DNA of 64,000 nt, from positions 278,785-342,784 of the forward strand of contig NMRA01000333.1 in NCBI GenBank assembly GCA_002633005.1, in the 5' to 3' direction. Below the pieces are notes generated by a model. The model saw nothing but the letters and a program-made list of their open reading frames with translations. It did not search any database and had not been told where the DNA came from. Positions 27,401-41,629 of this stretch are shown one piece after another. Every line of letters starts with the position of its first letter. Within the stretch, counting starts at the first letter, position 1. The translations under genes and the position numbers were made by a program. Origin of the DNA: Phoronis australis (lineage: Eukaryota; Animalia; Phoronida).

Positions 27401-30400
27401 TCTTGTAGCCTCGTTTCTGACGCACAAAACCTGGCTCATCCGGCTGCTGCAAAACGACAGCAATGTTTTACGTGACCAATTGACCTGTCACAAGCTCCGC
27501 CCCCTTGCAAAATGTCAACAAACAAACAATAAAAGTTGTTAGTCGGGTAAAATGGTGGCTTGGAAACGAAGGTGTGTCAAGAATGCTGCATTCTGATTGG
27601 TCAGTTAAGCTGTCACTCAAAATCTTGGTTTATGTTACAAAACCCAGCACTGTATAAAATGTTAACTGTCGTCTCATTGAGCCAGACCCTGCTCGTGTCA
27701 CACCAACTAAGTGGGTAGTGCAAATAGGGTCTCGCCCCTCAACTCAAGTCACCCTATTAGTCTAGTGCCCTATTCACATTGCGCCGACTCAGCGTGTAGT
27801 ACAATAAGCCCCACCCCCAACTCACCCTATTGATCCAATCCGTTCACATTGTACNCCCCCCCCCCCCATAAATTATCCAAAGAGTTCCTATTCACGCTGA
27901 ACAGGCTCAGCGGGTAGCTGGGAGAAGCCACCCCACCCCCACTTACCCATTGAGCCTGTGCTCACATTGTTTCTGACTCAGTGAGTAGCCCAAATAACCC
28001 CCATCTCCCCCCCAACTCACCCTATTGGTCCAATCCCTGTTCACATTGTATTGGCTCAGTGGGTAATAGGTGGGTCGAGTATGCTTTTGTGCCTCTGCCT
28101 TGGCCAAGAGCTCACCACTGAAGTCTTCAATGTCATACCTACAACAAGAAGGTCAACAATAAAACACAGGTGTCTCCACTAATTGGGGCAGACTAGGTTT
28201 TAAGCACATACATACATGTGCCTTTGTCCCACTTATAGCTGCAGGCTCACCACCTGGATACAAGTCAACACCAACCATTTTGTAGCCGTAAATAATGCCT
28301 CACTTTCATGTTCCTAGTGTTATCCATAGAGGCACAGCTTCACCTACAGATATCTGGCCATCAAAGCATCTACAACATCTTTACACCAACGACAGCTTTC
28401 ATAAGAGATTTACAGACGGATAAATGTGGAGTTCAGAAGTTGTCTTGATGCGAGAAAAATCTCGCCAAAACCACACGATCTCATTCAAAATACATGGTAC
28501 TATCTCGCAAAGTCTCATATTTCTAGCGAGATCCTAGCGAGCTTCTAGTGTTGCTGAACTCTACCCAGGAGTTCACTATTTCCGTGACAACATCTCAACA
28601 AACAGATTACAGGGAGACAACAAACAGAATATTGGCAATTTTTTGTGGAAAACAATATCACAAAGAACATTCATTCAACGACCAATTTGATGGAATAAAC
28701 TGTGAACACAAGTGTCTTTAAATTTACATCAGTAACTATAAATTAGGAACAATTTACAAACTGAAGAACCTTTCTAAGGCCATGACAGCTAACAACAAAT
28801 ATTCCACATTTCAGGCACACTAAAAGTTTAGCTGCACTTATAACCTGCTCAACATATTTACCGTTTCTCAACAATTTCTATAGTCAACTGCAGCAGCTCT
28901 TTTTTCGTTTTTTCTCGCCTTTTGATCATTTCGAAGAGTGTACTGAAAATAACGATAAAAACATGGACTCATTGATGAACAGGACAACACATAACTAATT
29001 ATCACTTTAACCATCTCAAATGACTGACACAGTATTACGAGTACTTAAAGTTGAACTAATGGTAATAAAGTTTTCAACTGTCAAATTAACTTTACAAACG
29101 GTAAATATTAGCCAGCAGAAACCAATCAACATCACACGCATCGAAGTAGGGTGATGAAAATCACAAACTGCCTGAATTAATCTAAACACAGAGACCATTA
29201 CACCTTTGAAATAAGCTGTGTTGACATTTGACCTCATAAAACTACCTTTAAACTTACAAAAAGTTGGCTTAAACCTACATTTTGCTGTGTTTAACTGGCG
29301 AAAAAAGCCTTTACTATCGTAAATCGATCTCATAATACATCTTACCACAATAGGATTTCGTTTCTGATACCAACAAGAATGTAGAAACAATTAGCAACTG
29401 AAAAAAACGCTTCAGAATTTATTTGGGTTGGCCAACCCCAAAATTACGGATTTGAAAAGTTGCCTGCATGCATTGCCCGCCACTTGGGTTGCCAGCTGTC
29501 TTTGCCAGTTATCTCGATGAAATACAACTTCGTAAAATCGATGTCTCGACAAAATTCAACTTCGTAAAATCCATATTGCTACTTACACAGTTCTATTTAA
29601 ATCTCGTCTAAGTTTCAACATCTTTTCATACGATACTTCATCATTTTTGCGATTCTGAAAAACAGATTAACTCTTATAATCGTAGAGACATTTTTCAAAA
29701 CAAAACAAATATCATCCAGTAAGTACAAGTTGACAGCGAAGCAAGAGATCAACAGATGTGTCCACTACTCGCCTGAATCGCCATTATGCTGAAATCATCA
29801 TTATGCTGAAGACGATGAGAAATCAGAAGAAGTCACAGATTGTGAACCTTAGGAGAAGCTAGAATTCTAAGCAGATTTGAATTTCGCTGAATAACCAATG
29901 AGCAGTACTCTTCAACAGTTTTGTTTTGACTACTACACACCCACAAGCAAAGAAACACAGACTGAATTAGACTGCTAGAGAAACACACGTAAAATATTGT
30001 TAATTAGTAGGGTTCTGATGGACACTTGATTTAATAAATTTCATTCAAAATGACAGAAAAGTCTCAATAACTAGCGTCTAGTCTTGACCATTCAAAATGC
30101 GGAATGGCAGACCTAACGACATGGCACATTTTTGACTAACAGAACAACAAACAACAACCAACAAGGAATCAAGTGTGATCAGGTAAACCAAGCTTTGACT
30201 AAGCGACAAGTTTTAGTAGTAAGAAAACTGTGACGTAATGAAGGCAAATTTACCATTCGACAGCAAAAATGAATGTAATTCCTGCTCACCTTTCTGGTCT
30301 GCATTTTCTCTGTCCGCCTTCGGAATGCCACGTATGGGTTGTTGGTGGTCGACCCATCCCTCTTCTCTGTCTTGACCAAAGGTATAAGAGACTGTTGCTG

Positions 30401-33400
30401 TGAAGACACACTGACTCATCACAGTCTGACACAACACGGTTGATGTGAAATAACAAAGTAAATATGGACACTCATGTCAGACATAATCACACGTCAATGA
30501 GCACACTTTGAAGTCCTGGGGACGACTAATATAGCAGGAAACAACACAATATATTTCAAGTTCTACTCAGCACTGTTTCGTTAAAATGACCACTACCTTG
30601 GGGCATTCCGTTTCACAATGGGGATTTGATTATGCGACGAGTAACAAAAAATACCCGCGTGAAATAAAGCAGGTTTACACCTCTACTTTCCTATGTTAGT
30701 ATATGTTAAGAATGCAACTGTTATTTATTGCTTAATAAACTGCTGCATATAAATTTTACTTGTCTTATTTTAAACTTGGCTATTTTTGACCCACCAAAGC
30801 GTGCTCAATTGATAAACATAGTGCTTAGCAATAGTGACCGTATAATTAAAGTTGAAGGAAGTTAAACTGGTGATTCCTGTACACAATAATATATTAAGAG
30901 TAGTCAGGACCTGTGTTGCCTAGCTATGATAAGGAACCCATGACACTTATTTTAATTACAAAATATGATTTTAATACAGGACATAGTGTCAAGTTCCTCC
31001 TGTAATGACTGAAGATGAAACCAGTCACGATCAAACCTTACTCAATATGGCTGTATATTGTAATTTCAACAAAACTTACTGTCCTGAGTTTCTTGTTGAG
31101 CCAGTAGTCATACACGGCTATAATGAGATCGTCATCCTCTTTTAGTAACAGCTTGGCTTCCGGTAGTGTGACCACCTGCACAGAGATGTGAAGCGCGTGA
31201 CAAATGTGACGAATGTGAGAAATGTGAAGGGTATGAGAAATGTGAAGGGTATGAGAAATGTGAGGGGTATGAGAAATGTGAGGGGTATGAGAAATGTGAA
31301 GGGTATGAGAAATGTGAAGGGTATGAGAAATGTGAAGGGTATGAGAAATGTGANNNNNNNNNNNNNNNNNNNNNNNNNNNNNNNNNNNNNNNNNNNNNNN
31401 NNNNNNNNNNNNNNNNNNNNNNNNNNNNNNNNNNNNNNNNNNNNNNNNNNNNNNNNNNNNNNNNNNNNNNNNNNNNNNNNNNNNNNNNNNNNNNNNNNNN
31501 NNNNNNNNNNNNNNNNNNNNNNNNNNNNNNNNNNNNNNNNNNNNNNNNNNNNNNNNNNNNNNNNNNNNNNNNNNNNNNNNNNNNNNNNNNNNNNNNNNNN
31601 NNNNNNNNNNNNNNNNNNNNNNNNNNNNNNNNNNNNNNNNNNNNNNNNNNNNNNNNNNNNNNNNNNNNNNNNNNNNNNNNNNNNNNNNNNNNNNNNNNNN
31701 NNNNNNNNNNNNNNNNNNNNNNNNNNNNNNNNNNNNNNNNNNNNNNNNNNNNNNNNNNNNNNNNNNNNNNNNNNNNNNNNNNNNNNNNNNNNNNNNNNNN
31801 NNNNNNNNNNNNNNNNNNNNNNNNNNNNNNNNNNNNNNNNNNNNNNNNNNNNNNNNNNNNNNNNNNNNNNNNNNNNNNNNNNNNNNNNNNNNNNNNNNNN
31901 NNNNNNNNNNNNNNNNNNNNNNNNNNNNNNNNNNNNNNNNNNNNNNNNNNNNNNNNNNNNNNNNNNNNNNNNNNNNNNNNNNNNNNNNNNNNNNNNNNNN
32001 NNNNNNNNNNNNNNNNNNNNNNNNNNNNNNNNNNNNNNNNNNNNNNNNNNNNNNNNNNNNNNNNNNNNNNNNNNNNNNNNNNNNNNNNNNNNNNNNNNNN
32101 NNNNNNNNNNNNNNNNNNNNNNNNNNNNNNNNNNNNNNNNNGTTAACTTAGGAACAGTTTACAAACTGAAGAACCTTTCTAAGGCCATGACAGCTAACAA
32201 CAGATATTCCACATTGTAGGCACACTAAAAGTTTAGCTGCACTTACAACCTGCTCAACATATTTACCGTTTCTCAACAATTTCTATAGTCAACTGCAGCA
32301 GCTCTTTTTTCGTTTTTTCTCGCCTTTTGATCATTTCGAAGAGTGTACTGAAAATAACGATAAAAACATGGACTCGGTGGTAAACAAGAGAACGCGTAAT
32401 TAATAATCACTTTAACCATCTCAAATGACTGACACAGTATTACGAGTACTTAAAGTTGAACTAATGGTAATAGAGTTTTCAATTGTTAAATTAACTTTAC
32501 AAACTGTAAATGTTAGCCAGCAGAAACCAATCAACATCACACGCATCAAAGTACGGTAATGAAAATTACAAACTGCCTGAATTAATCTAAACACAGAGAC
32601 CATTTTGCATCAACACCTTTGAAATAAGCTGTGTTGACATTTGACCTCATAAAACTACGTTAAAACGTACAAAAAGTTGGCTTAAACCTACATTTTGCTG
32701 TGTTTAACTGGCGAAATAAGCCTTTACTATCATAAATCGATCTCATAATAGATCTTACCACAATAGGATTTCGTTTCTGATACCAACAAGAATGTAGGAA
32801 CGATTAGCAACTGAAGAAAATGCTTCAAACTTTATTTGGATTGACCAACCCTAAAATTGCGGATTTGAAAAGGTGCCTTCATGTACGGCCTACCACTTGG
32901 GTCGCTAGATGTCTCGACAAAATGCACCACCTGCCACTTGGGTCGCTAGATGTCTCGACAAAATGCACCACCTGCCACTTGGGTCGCTAGATGTCTCGAC
33001 AAAATGCAACTTTGCAAAATCCATATTACTACTTACACAGTCCTGTTTAAATCTCGTCTGAGTTTCAACATCTTTTCATACGATACTTCATCATTTTTGC
33101 GATTCTGAAAAACAGATAACTCTTCTAATCGTAAAGACATTTTTCAAAACAGAACAAATATCATTCAGTAAGTACAAGTTGATAGTGAAGCAAGAGTTCA
33201 ACAGATGTGTCCACTACTCGCCTGAATCACCATAATGCTGAAGATAATGAGAAATCAGAGGAAAGACACAGATTGTGAACCTTAGGAGAAGCTAGAATTC
33301 TTTGCAGATTTGAATTTCGCTGAATAACCAATGAGCAGTACTCTTCAACAGTTTTCTTTTGACTACTACATAGCCACAAGCAAAGAAACGCAGACTGAAT

Positions 33401-36400
33401 TAGACTGCTAGAGAAACACACGTAAAATATTGATAATTAGTAGGGTTCTGACGGAGACTTGATTTTATAAATTTCAAACTTCAAGTAATTACATTCAAAA
33501 TGACAGAAAAAAGTCTCAATAACTAGCGTCTAGTCTTGACCATTCAAAATGCGGAATAGCGGACCTAACGACATGGCACATCTTTGACTAACAGAACAAC
33601 AAACAACAAGGAATCAAGTGTGATCAGGTAAACCAAGCTGTGACTAAGCGACAAGTTTTAGTAGTAAGAAAACTGTGACGTAATGAAGCAAATTTACCGT
33701 TCGACAACAAAAATGAATGTAATTCCTACTCACCTTTCTGGTCTGCATTTTCTCTGTCCGCCTTCGGAATGCCACGTATGGGTTGTTGGTGGTCGACCCA
33801 TCCCTCTTCTCCGTCTTGACCAAAGGTATGAGAGACTGTTGCTGTGAACACACACTGACTCATCACAGTCTGACACAACACGGTTGATGTGAAATAACAC
33901 AAAGTAAATATAGACACTCATGTTAGACACATAATAACACGTCAATGAGCACACTTTGAAGTCCTGGGGGCGACTAATGTAGCAGGAAACAACACAATAC
34001 AAGTTGTACTCAACACCGTTTCGCTAAAATGACCACTACCTAGGGACATTCCGTTTCACAATGGGGATTTGATTATGCGACGAGTAACAAAAAATACCCG
34101 CGTGAAATAAAGCAGGTTTACACCTCTACTTTTCTATGTTAGTATATGTTAAGAATGCAACTGTTATTTTATGATTAATAAACAACTGTACTTAAATTTT
34201 CCAAGTCTTATTTTGAACTTGGCTATTTTTGACCCACCAAAGTGTGCTCAATTGATAAACATACGGTTTAGCAATACTGACCGTAACTAAATTAATGGAA
34301 GTTAAACAAGTGATTCCTGTTGACAATAATATATTATGAGCAGTCAGGACCTGTGTTGCCTGGCCATGATAAAGAACCCATGACACTTATTTTAATTACA
34401 AATATGTTTTTAATACAGGAAATAGTGTCAAGTTCCTCCTGTCGTGACTGCAGATGAAACCAGTCACGATCAAACCTTACTCAATACGGCTGTATATTGT
34501 AATTTCAACACAACTTACTGTCCTGAGTTTCTTGTTGAGCCAGTAGTCATACACAGCTATAATGAGATCGTCATCCTCTTTTAGTAACAGCTTGGCTTCC
34601 GGTAGTGTGACCACCTGCACAGAGATGTGAAGCGCGTGACAAATGGGACGGATGTGAGAAATGTGAAGGGTATGAGAAATGTGAAGTAGATGACTGCAAT
34701 ACTACACTCACTCAGTTTACAGTCGTGCATGGCAACAAGATGGTGAAAAAGTTGCCCGTTTTTTTCATTACAGGCAACACCTTACATGAAATGCTACATA
34801 ATAACATATTTATTAAGACACTGTAAGACTTTTGCTAGAAATGCTTACTACTTTAGACCATTTACAATTTCAAAATTGGTGTCGAAACTGTTCCTCGTTA
34901 AGATCAAGCGAATTTTAGGATTGGGAAAATGCCAGCTCATTATCTTGGGCCGTATACCTGGGTCATATTGCTTTTGACACATAAAATGACATGGTGTCGA
35001 GCAATAAGGAACCACTGGTTCTTTACAAGACAAGAAATAGCTTCTAATTTGAGTACAGAACAAGCGTGCACTCCAAGGACAAGTCACTGGTCAGTGAGTA
35101 TTCCATACCTGTTGACCACTGCCCTTTTCTAGCCGGTCCATCATCTCTTCAAACTGCTGGGCCGTCACCTCCATCTTCTTCGTCTGTTTGTTGAGCCAGC
35201 CCTCGTCTTCAGAGTCCATGTCGTAGTCTGGGATCTCCTGATCCATTCCGAAGGCTGCAGCCAAGAAAGAACAGACAATTTAATAGAATTACTCCTACCC
35301 TGTGAATGTATGGCATTCTGCACACATTGCACTGCCCTAGACACTGTGTGAGAACCCTAAGCGAGAACCCTATGTTTGCAGAGTGGAAAGCAACCAACGC
35401 ATTAACAAACAGCAATTTTTCGTCCACATGAGAGCACAGTTGAAAGTAACCATTGCTCTCCTTACATGGTGCAATACAATGCTTGAAATGGTGGCACCCG
35501 ATTTCTTTTGTTGCGTACTGTTGTTTCTTTTGATTATTTTGCAGTAGTAAGAATAATAGTGACACGCCCATCAAGCTGTGTTATATGAATTAACAGAAGA
35601 GAGGAAGATTAACACCCGAAACCACTATGTGCAATTTGCATTAACTAAATACATTATTGAATGTTTGTTTAGGAAATATGTAGACCAGGACCCTCGTTCA
35701 TCCCAAGGGAAAGGTGTCTGCGCCCTCTCAGAGGGGGGATAATTTGGGGCAAGGGGAAAATTCTACCTCTCAATCACCATCAATAGCACTCTCAACCTGT
35801 TGTAAGCCATTACTAACATTTTGTACTCGTTCAAATTGTCACATGTTTGAGTTTCAAGTGAATCGAACCTCAAAGAGAATTTTTCAATAACTTGAGAGGA
35901 ATTTTTCGGCATCATGAACGGAATGGGGCCGATAGTCAGCTCCATATTCGAGGGACTGAGGGCCCTGTAGACAGACCTCTAATTCCTTTACATGAGACTC
36001 CACAGAGCTTATACAGGATGTTCAATTACTCGGAAAATAACCACATCTGTACTATTTTTGAGTAAACAGTGATTTATGAGGAAACCCCACTGTGTTAACT
36101 AAGCTTTTAAAGGTTAGAGAAGTGGGCGACTGTTCAGTCTGAGAAGTGGGTGACTGGTCAGTCTGAGAAGTGGGTGACTGGTCAGTCTGAGAAGTGGGCA
36201 ACTGGTCACTCTGACCAGCCAATTGTCAATAATCCCCTTTTCTGGCAAGATGTCTCCTGGCTAGAACAGAGAATCACCACAACACGCATAATGAGCTTAC
36301 GAGAGAGGAAGTGAAGTGAAGTGAATCACTTTACATGAAGGTTCTAGTGTTTTGATATGATTAACAAGACAGTGTTGACTTGCATTGTAAATGGATAACT

Positions 36401-39400
36401 GCAGATCAATAAACAAAAATAAATTGCTTAGGGAAGGAAATTTTGTGATTTTAACGAAGTTTTCAACGGGGAATGGGGTCAACAATCAGCCACAAAATCG
36501 TGGTGTCGTGAACACAGTGTGATGAAAACTGAGCTCCAATTTATTGGATACCAAAATCAAGGTGGTCCATGGATGCTTCAAACTGTGCATTGGTAACTCA
36601 CTAACCAACACTAAGGAACACGAAGTACGCTAGCTATGGAAGTGAATCCAGAAGTCAAGACAATGACCACGACCATGGAAGACATTGCCACACCTTGAAC
36701 CATCACCTCCCAACACATAATGAAGTGAGATGTGACTCACTATAACTATGAATAATTCATATCAAATCAGATAACCATAGCCAATAAACAAGAATGTTAG
36801 TATACACATCAGCAATAAGACGGAAGAACTTTTAGAATAGCATCACGCAGATAAACCGTGGCGATAAAATTGACGACACAAAATGTCATGTAAATCAAAT
36901 GAAACCACCCAGTGAGTGAAATACACTGGAAAATGCCAAGCTGAAAATTACAATATGCTTATGATTTAAAACTGGAGTTAAAAGTTCTCCCACATTTTAG
37001 GAATACTCTGGAAATAACTCTACTCTATTCATACCTTGAACGTGAATGTACTGTTTAGGGGGCTTGAAGTCACCTCCGTACAGTCGCTCATATTCATTGG
37101 CGTCTACTTCTATATCAGGAATTGGGATGACCAGTGACTCGGCAGTACCGTAGACTTGTTGTGCAGACAGGGCTCTTTGCAAGTGATGTTCCTGCAATGA
37201 ATATAAATACCTTGTCAATTCTGAAAGCACAAATCAGTGAAAAAAGTAATGCTTTCAGTACCTACACTGCAAAAATAGATCTGCAAGTCTCCAATCTCCA
37301 TGTGGACAAGTAGCCAAAAATACTGTCAAGACAAAAAACAACAAGACAAGCTGTATGTTCAGAAAATACTGTAACAAAAAGGGCGACACAAACTAAGTGT
37401 CACAACATTATTTTGACACTACTCGTCATACAGCTGGCTGGCTACCTTGGCAGCCACACTGGTTGCAGCTGAATATATTCTATATTCAGGGATTCCCCTG
37501 CGTGTAAACATTTGGGCGGCCCGCCACGCTCCTTTTTGGCCCCACCACTCGTAAATCATACTCAAATTGACCGCCACACACCTAATCGTGACAAGGTAAC
37601 TTCACCGCCACGCAAAAATCGCTAGTAAAAATGATCGCTAGTAATTATGAATAAGTATAAGTCACACGGCACCTTTCCGTTTGTGGATTGAAAGGGAAAA
37701 ATAAAAATTTTACAATGGGATCTTGAATTGTGCTCCTGTTAACACAGTCATTCAATCCCCAATCTCCTTTCGTACCTCGTTTCTGCCCGGTTATCCGACA
37801 ATGCATATAAACGTAATACAGCCGGGGACCAGGCAACGACTTCGATACAAATTTTCTAAAATGGGAAAGCGCCTGGGCTTGCTAATGAAGTAAGAAACAG
37901 TAAGATTCCTGCTTCATTCATTTTTATCGTGTCCAAGTTTACAAAAGACATTGTGAATTACACTGCAGGGCATGACATCCAACTGTTTTTTGTACTCAAG
38001 TGCTACAAAGATCACACTATGCCGGACACTTCATTGCAAAATTGTCTTGCGAAGTGTTGTTTTTACTCAGATACTTCCACTACATGATGCTCGGGTTAAG
38101 GTCTTGTCTATGTTGTCTATGATGAGCAAGCTGCACCCAATTACATCTAATTTTCACATTTTGCCTGCGGGGAAGGCCTCTCCCAACCCTCCCCCCCCTT
38201 GATGGGAGGATCTCACTTCATCCCATGCTCGCATGTGGTCCCAGGTTCCGCATCCGCTTCGAGCATTCACCACCACGCTCCTTTCGAATCCCAGCTAATA
38301 GGGGGATCCCATTTCTCATATTCGCGTGCGGCAACGGGCTTTGCACCCCGTTTTGGCCATTTACCACAACGCTCCTTGCAAAACACTGATATTTATTTTT
38401 AGCGTGACTTTGAGCAGCTTATGAGAGTGCCAGATGTCATCTATACACTCTGATAAGAAGCATAAGATGTTGTTATTTCTAACTGAACTAATTATACGTG
38501 TCATTTGTTCTACATACCCAATCCATTATATAGCCATCCAGCTGTACGAAGACTAACATCAAAATACAGCTAGGAACCAGTGAGTGTTCCCTTAACACAG
38601 ACCTCAAAATTTCACTCTGATAGTAATGCTTGTCACCTTGATTTGAAATATGTAGACCTCACGGCAGGCGGGGGTGCATGCAAATCCAGGAAATCAATCG
38701 CCACTCACCTTGCCCACAACAGACATTTAAGTGAAAATCAACCTCAAAAACATCATTTTCTAGCTAATTCTCAGACTTTTGTAACAAAGAAAAGTCTATC
38801 GTTGACTTAACAGTTAGTTCATGACACACCCATAATTATTTACGTTGACATCTTTCAGGAGTACATAGCTTCATCGAAGCAAAATTTCATGAGAAACTTG
38901 ATGTTTTGATATTAAAATATTAAAACCACACAACAATTCCGATAATTTGTAATGACATCTAACTAACATTGTGAAGAAGAATGATTGAAGAGTTGGTGAA
39001 AAAGGAAATTGACCAAGAGGTGACACTCTATTTACGACACTGAATCTTCTTGTTCCAGAAATTGAGCAGCAGAATAACTGTAGAATGGCAATATTTTTAA
39101 CATTGTTAGCAAAACAAGTTTTACTGAATAATAGTTTTTAACNTTTTTGTGTATCCACCTACCTTAACACAGTCATTCAATCCCCAATCTCCTTTCGTAC
39201 CTCGTTTCTGCCTGGTTATCCGACAATGCATATAAACGTAATACAGCCGGGGACCAGGCAACGACTTCGATACAAATTTTCTAAAATGGTTAAGCGCCTG
39301 GGCTCGCTAATGAAGTAAGAAACAGTAAGATTCCTGCTTCATTCATTTTTATCGTGTCCGAGTTTACAAAAGACATTGTGAATTATACTGCAGGGCGTGA

Positions 39401-41428
39401 CATCCAACTGTTTTTTGTACTCAAGTGCTACAAAGATCACACTATGCCGGACACTTCATTGCCAAATTGTCTTGCGAAGTGTTGTTTTTACCCAGAAACT
39501 TCCACTACATGATGCTCGGGTTAAGGTATTGTCTATGTTGTCTATGATGAGCAAACTGCACCCAATTAGATCTAATTTTCAAATTGTGCCTGCGGGGAAG
39601 GCCTCTACCAACCCCCCCCCCTTGATGGGAGGATCTCACTTCATCCCATGCTCGCATGTGGTGCCGGGTTCCGCATCTGCGATGAGCATTCACCACCACG
39701 ATCCTTTCGAAACCCAGCTAATTGGAGGATCCCATTTCTCACATTCGCGTGCGGCAACGGGCTTTGCACCCCATTTTGGCCATTTACCACCACGCTCCTT
39801 GCAAAACACTGATATTTATTTTTAGTGTGACGTTGAGCAGCTTATGAGAGTGCCAGATGTCATCTACACACTCTGATAAGAAGCATAAGATGTTGTTATT
39901 TCTAACTGAACTAATTATACGTGTCATTTGTTCTACATACCCAATCCATTATATAGCCATCCAGCTGTACGAAGACTAACATCAAAATACAGCTAGGTAC
40001 CAGTGAGTGTTCCCTTAACACAAACCTCAAAATTTCACTCTGATAGTAATGCTCGTCACCTTGATTTGAAATATGTAGACCTCACAGCAGGCGGGGGTGC
40101 ATGCAAATCCAGGAAATCAATCGCCACTCACCTTGCCCACAACAGACATTTAAGTGAAAATCAACCTCAGAAACGTCATTTTCTAGCTAATTCTCAGACT
40201 TTTGTAACAAAGAAAAGTCTATCGTTGACTTAACAGTTAGTTCATGACACACCCATAATTATTTAAGTTGACATCTTTCAGGAGTAAATAGCTTCATCGA
40301 AGCAAAATTTCATGAGAAACTTGATGTTTTGATATTAAAATATTAAAACCACACAACAATTCCGATAATTTGTAATGACATCTAACTAACATTGTGAAGA
40401 AGAATGATTGAAGAGTTGGTGAAAAAGGAAATTGACCAAGAGGTGACACTCTATTTACGACACTGAATCTTCTTGTTCCAGAAATTGAGCAGCAGAATAA
40501 CTGTAGAATGGCAATATTTTTAACATTGTTAGCAAAACAAGTTTTACTGAATAATAGTTTTTAACAACATAAATTTTGTGTCAGACTTTGTTTGGCTACT
40601 TTTTACCCACATCCTACAAAGCTTTTCTACCTAAGGATTAATTTTCCTGACTTGTATATTTCTTGTAATATAAAAACAAGAAGCAAAAATGTTCATTTAA
40701 TGTCATTGTAAATGTTCATTTCACATGGGTTAAGTTTTGAAGCAAGTAATATTACTACGACAGGAGAAAAGTAACACGATGTTGAGTTCGACTTATATCT
40801 ACTAAAAAGGGGATTCCCACTGCAATGACGTCATCAAAATCAAGGCAAGTATTATGGGATGGATTGGGATTTTCTTGAAAATTCAGTATAAGACCATCAA
40901 TAATAAGAGTTGATCGTCATAATAATAACCTCAATGTTAACTTGTACTCGTAGATACTAATGAAATCCAGAAATGGATCGACTCAAACAAACTACTCGAA
41001 ATTTTTGACAACCGAAAAAACAAAATGGCGGCCTCCATGAGGAATCATCACGTGATGAGAAGAATTATTTTGACACCCTTCTAGCTCTTCAAGGAAGCGA
41101 TATTCCGCAATTCAATCAAAACTGTGACTGCGTCAGAAACCAAGGATTACTTCTGTCCCTAAACTACACAGGGGTAATTCATTGGTGAAGAAATATTTTC
41201 TGGTTTTATTTACGCGCCAAAATCAAGATGGCAGCCAATGAAAGCGTTGAATTATTACTGACAAAGAACAATTACCGATTCTTCCTCTTTTTCCATGCCG
41301 GTGGGCATTTGAGGAACTGCACGGTTAATAGCTGCAAAATCTGGAAGGTCTGGTATTTCCTCAGCCTTGTACACCGGCATGGGCTTGGAGGCATCCAAAG
41401 CCCGTGCACGGAAACTCAACTTGCTCAT
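21466..41428 (-). CDS. EPC1: Enhancer of polycomb homolog (EPC1/EPC2 family, NuA4/TIP60 HAT complex subunit), complete multi-exon CDS
   Basis: Exons (minus): 41428-41276 (MSKLSFRARALDASKPMPVY...AINRAVPQMPTGMEKEEES), 37191-37035 (EHHLQRALSAQQVYG), 35254-35109 (PDYDMDSEDE), 34614-34519, 33841-33734 (NNPYVAFRRRTEKMQTRK), 33104-33037 (NRKNDEVSYEKMLKLRRDL), 32347-32267 [these four are repeated at 31175-31080, 30397-30290, 29654-29587, 28942-28862], 28138-28021, 27446-27261, 26886-26800, 25891-25743 (GFARRRVGRGGR, EPcB), 25056-24934, 24201-23750, 22733-22478, 21535-21466 (ends MEVT*, like vertebrate EPC). Phases are consistent when one copy of the duplicated block is used. Confidence 0.95.
21744..21848. 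repeat. About 105-bp hairpin/MITE-like element
   Basis: Arms AATAGACTTATGTAACGTGCCTGCATTTTGAGAACCAGTTT and AAACTGGTTCTCAAAATGAGGGCACGTTATATCCGACTATT. Related sequence occurs at about 4218-4295 and 13930-14044. Confidence 0.7.
27675..28070. repeat. Diverged ~65-70-bp tandem repeat derived from an EPC exon end plus donor
   Basis: Recurring CTCACCCTATTG..TTCACATTG..CTCAG units. The last unit is the true exon 3' end (28021) with its donor. Confidence 0.7.
28736..34686. repeat. About 2.6-kb direct duplication flanking an N-gap and containing four EPC exons
   Basis: 28736-31353 aligns with 32142-34686. Introns differ by many substitutions and indels; the exon differences I saw are synonymous. Confidence 0.9.
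31200..31353. repeat. 18-bp minisatellite (ATGAGAAATGTGAAGGGT)n running into the gap
   Basis: Directly visible. The duplicate block has only about 2 units at 34650-34686. Confidence 0.9.
36117..36213. repeat. 24-bp tandem repeat, about 4 copies
   Basis: GAGAAGTGGG(C/T)GACTG(G/T)TCAGTCT repeated. Confidence 0.85.
37739..40565. repeat. About 1.4-kb direct duplication separated by a single N (probable haplotype/assembly overlap) in EPC intron 1
   Basis: 37739-39142 closely matches 39164-40565; there is an n at 39143. Confidence 0.85.
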
Positions 41429-41629
41429 CGTGATGACCTAGAAATATGCTAATGAGGTGTGGTCCTCAGAAATTTCCCTTCCTGGCGACTTCAGTGTGAC
41501 CACTGTATCTCCTTTCATACGGAATTCCTTGAATAAACGTATGGTCTGTCATAACATATACGTATAATGTCTGTACGTCGAATCCTACGTTCATAAAACA
41601 CGTTGAAAATTCTGATTTTTTCTACGGTT

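Noticed and set aside
31188-32219. 343-aa ORF with NVKGMR repeats
   Set aside because: Translation of an 18-bp minisatellite plus the N-gap.
37972-40233. Paired ORFs (MTSNCFLYSS..., MSVPLTQTSK...) as duplicated genes
   Set aside because: They lie in an N-joined duplication, one pair differs by a frameshift, and no domain is recognisable.
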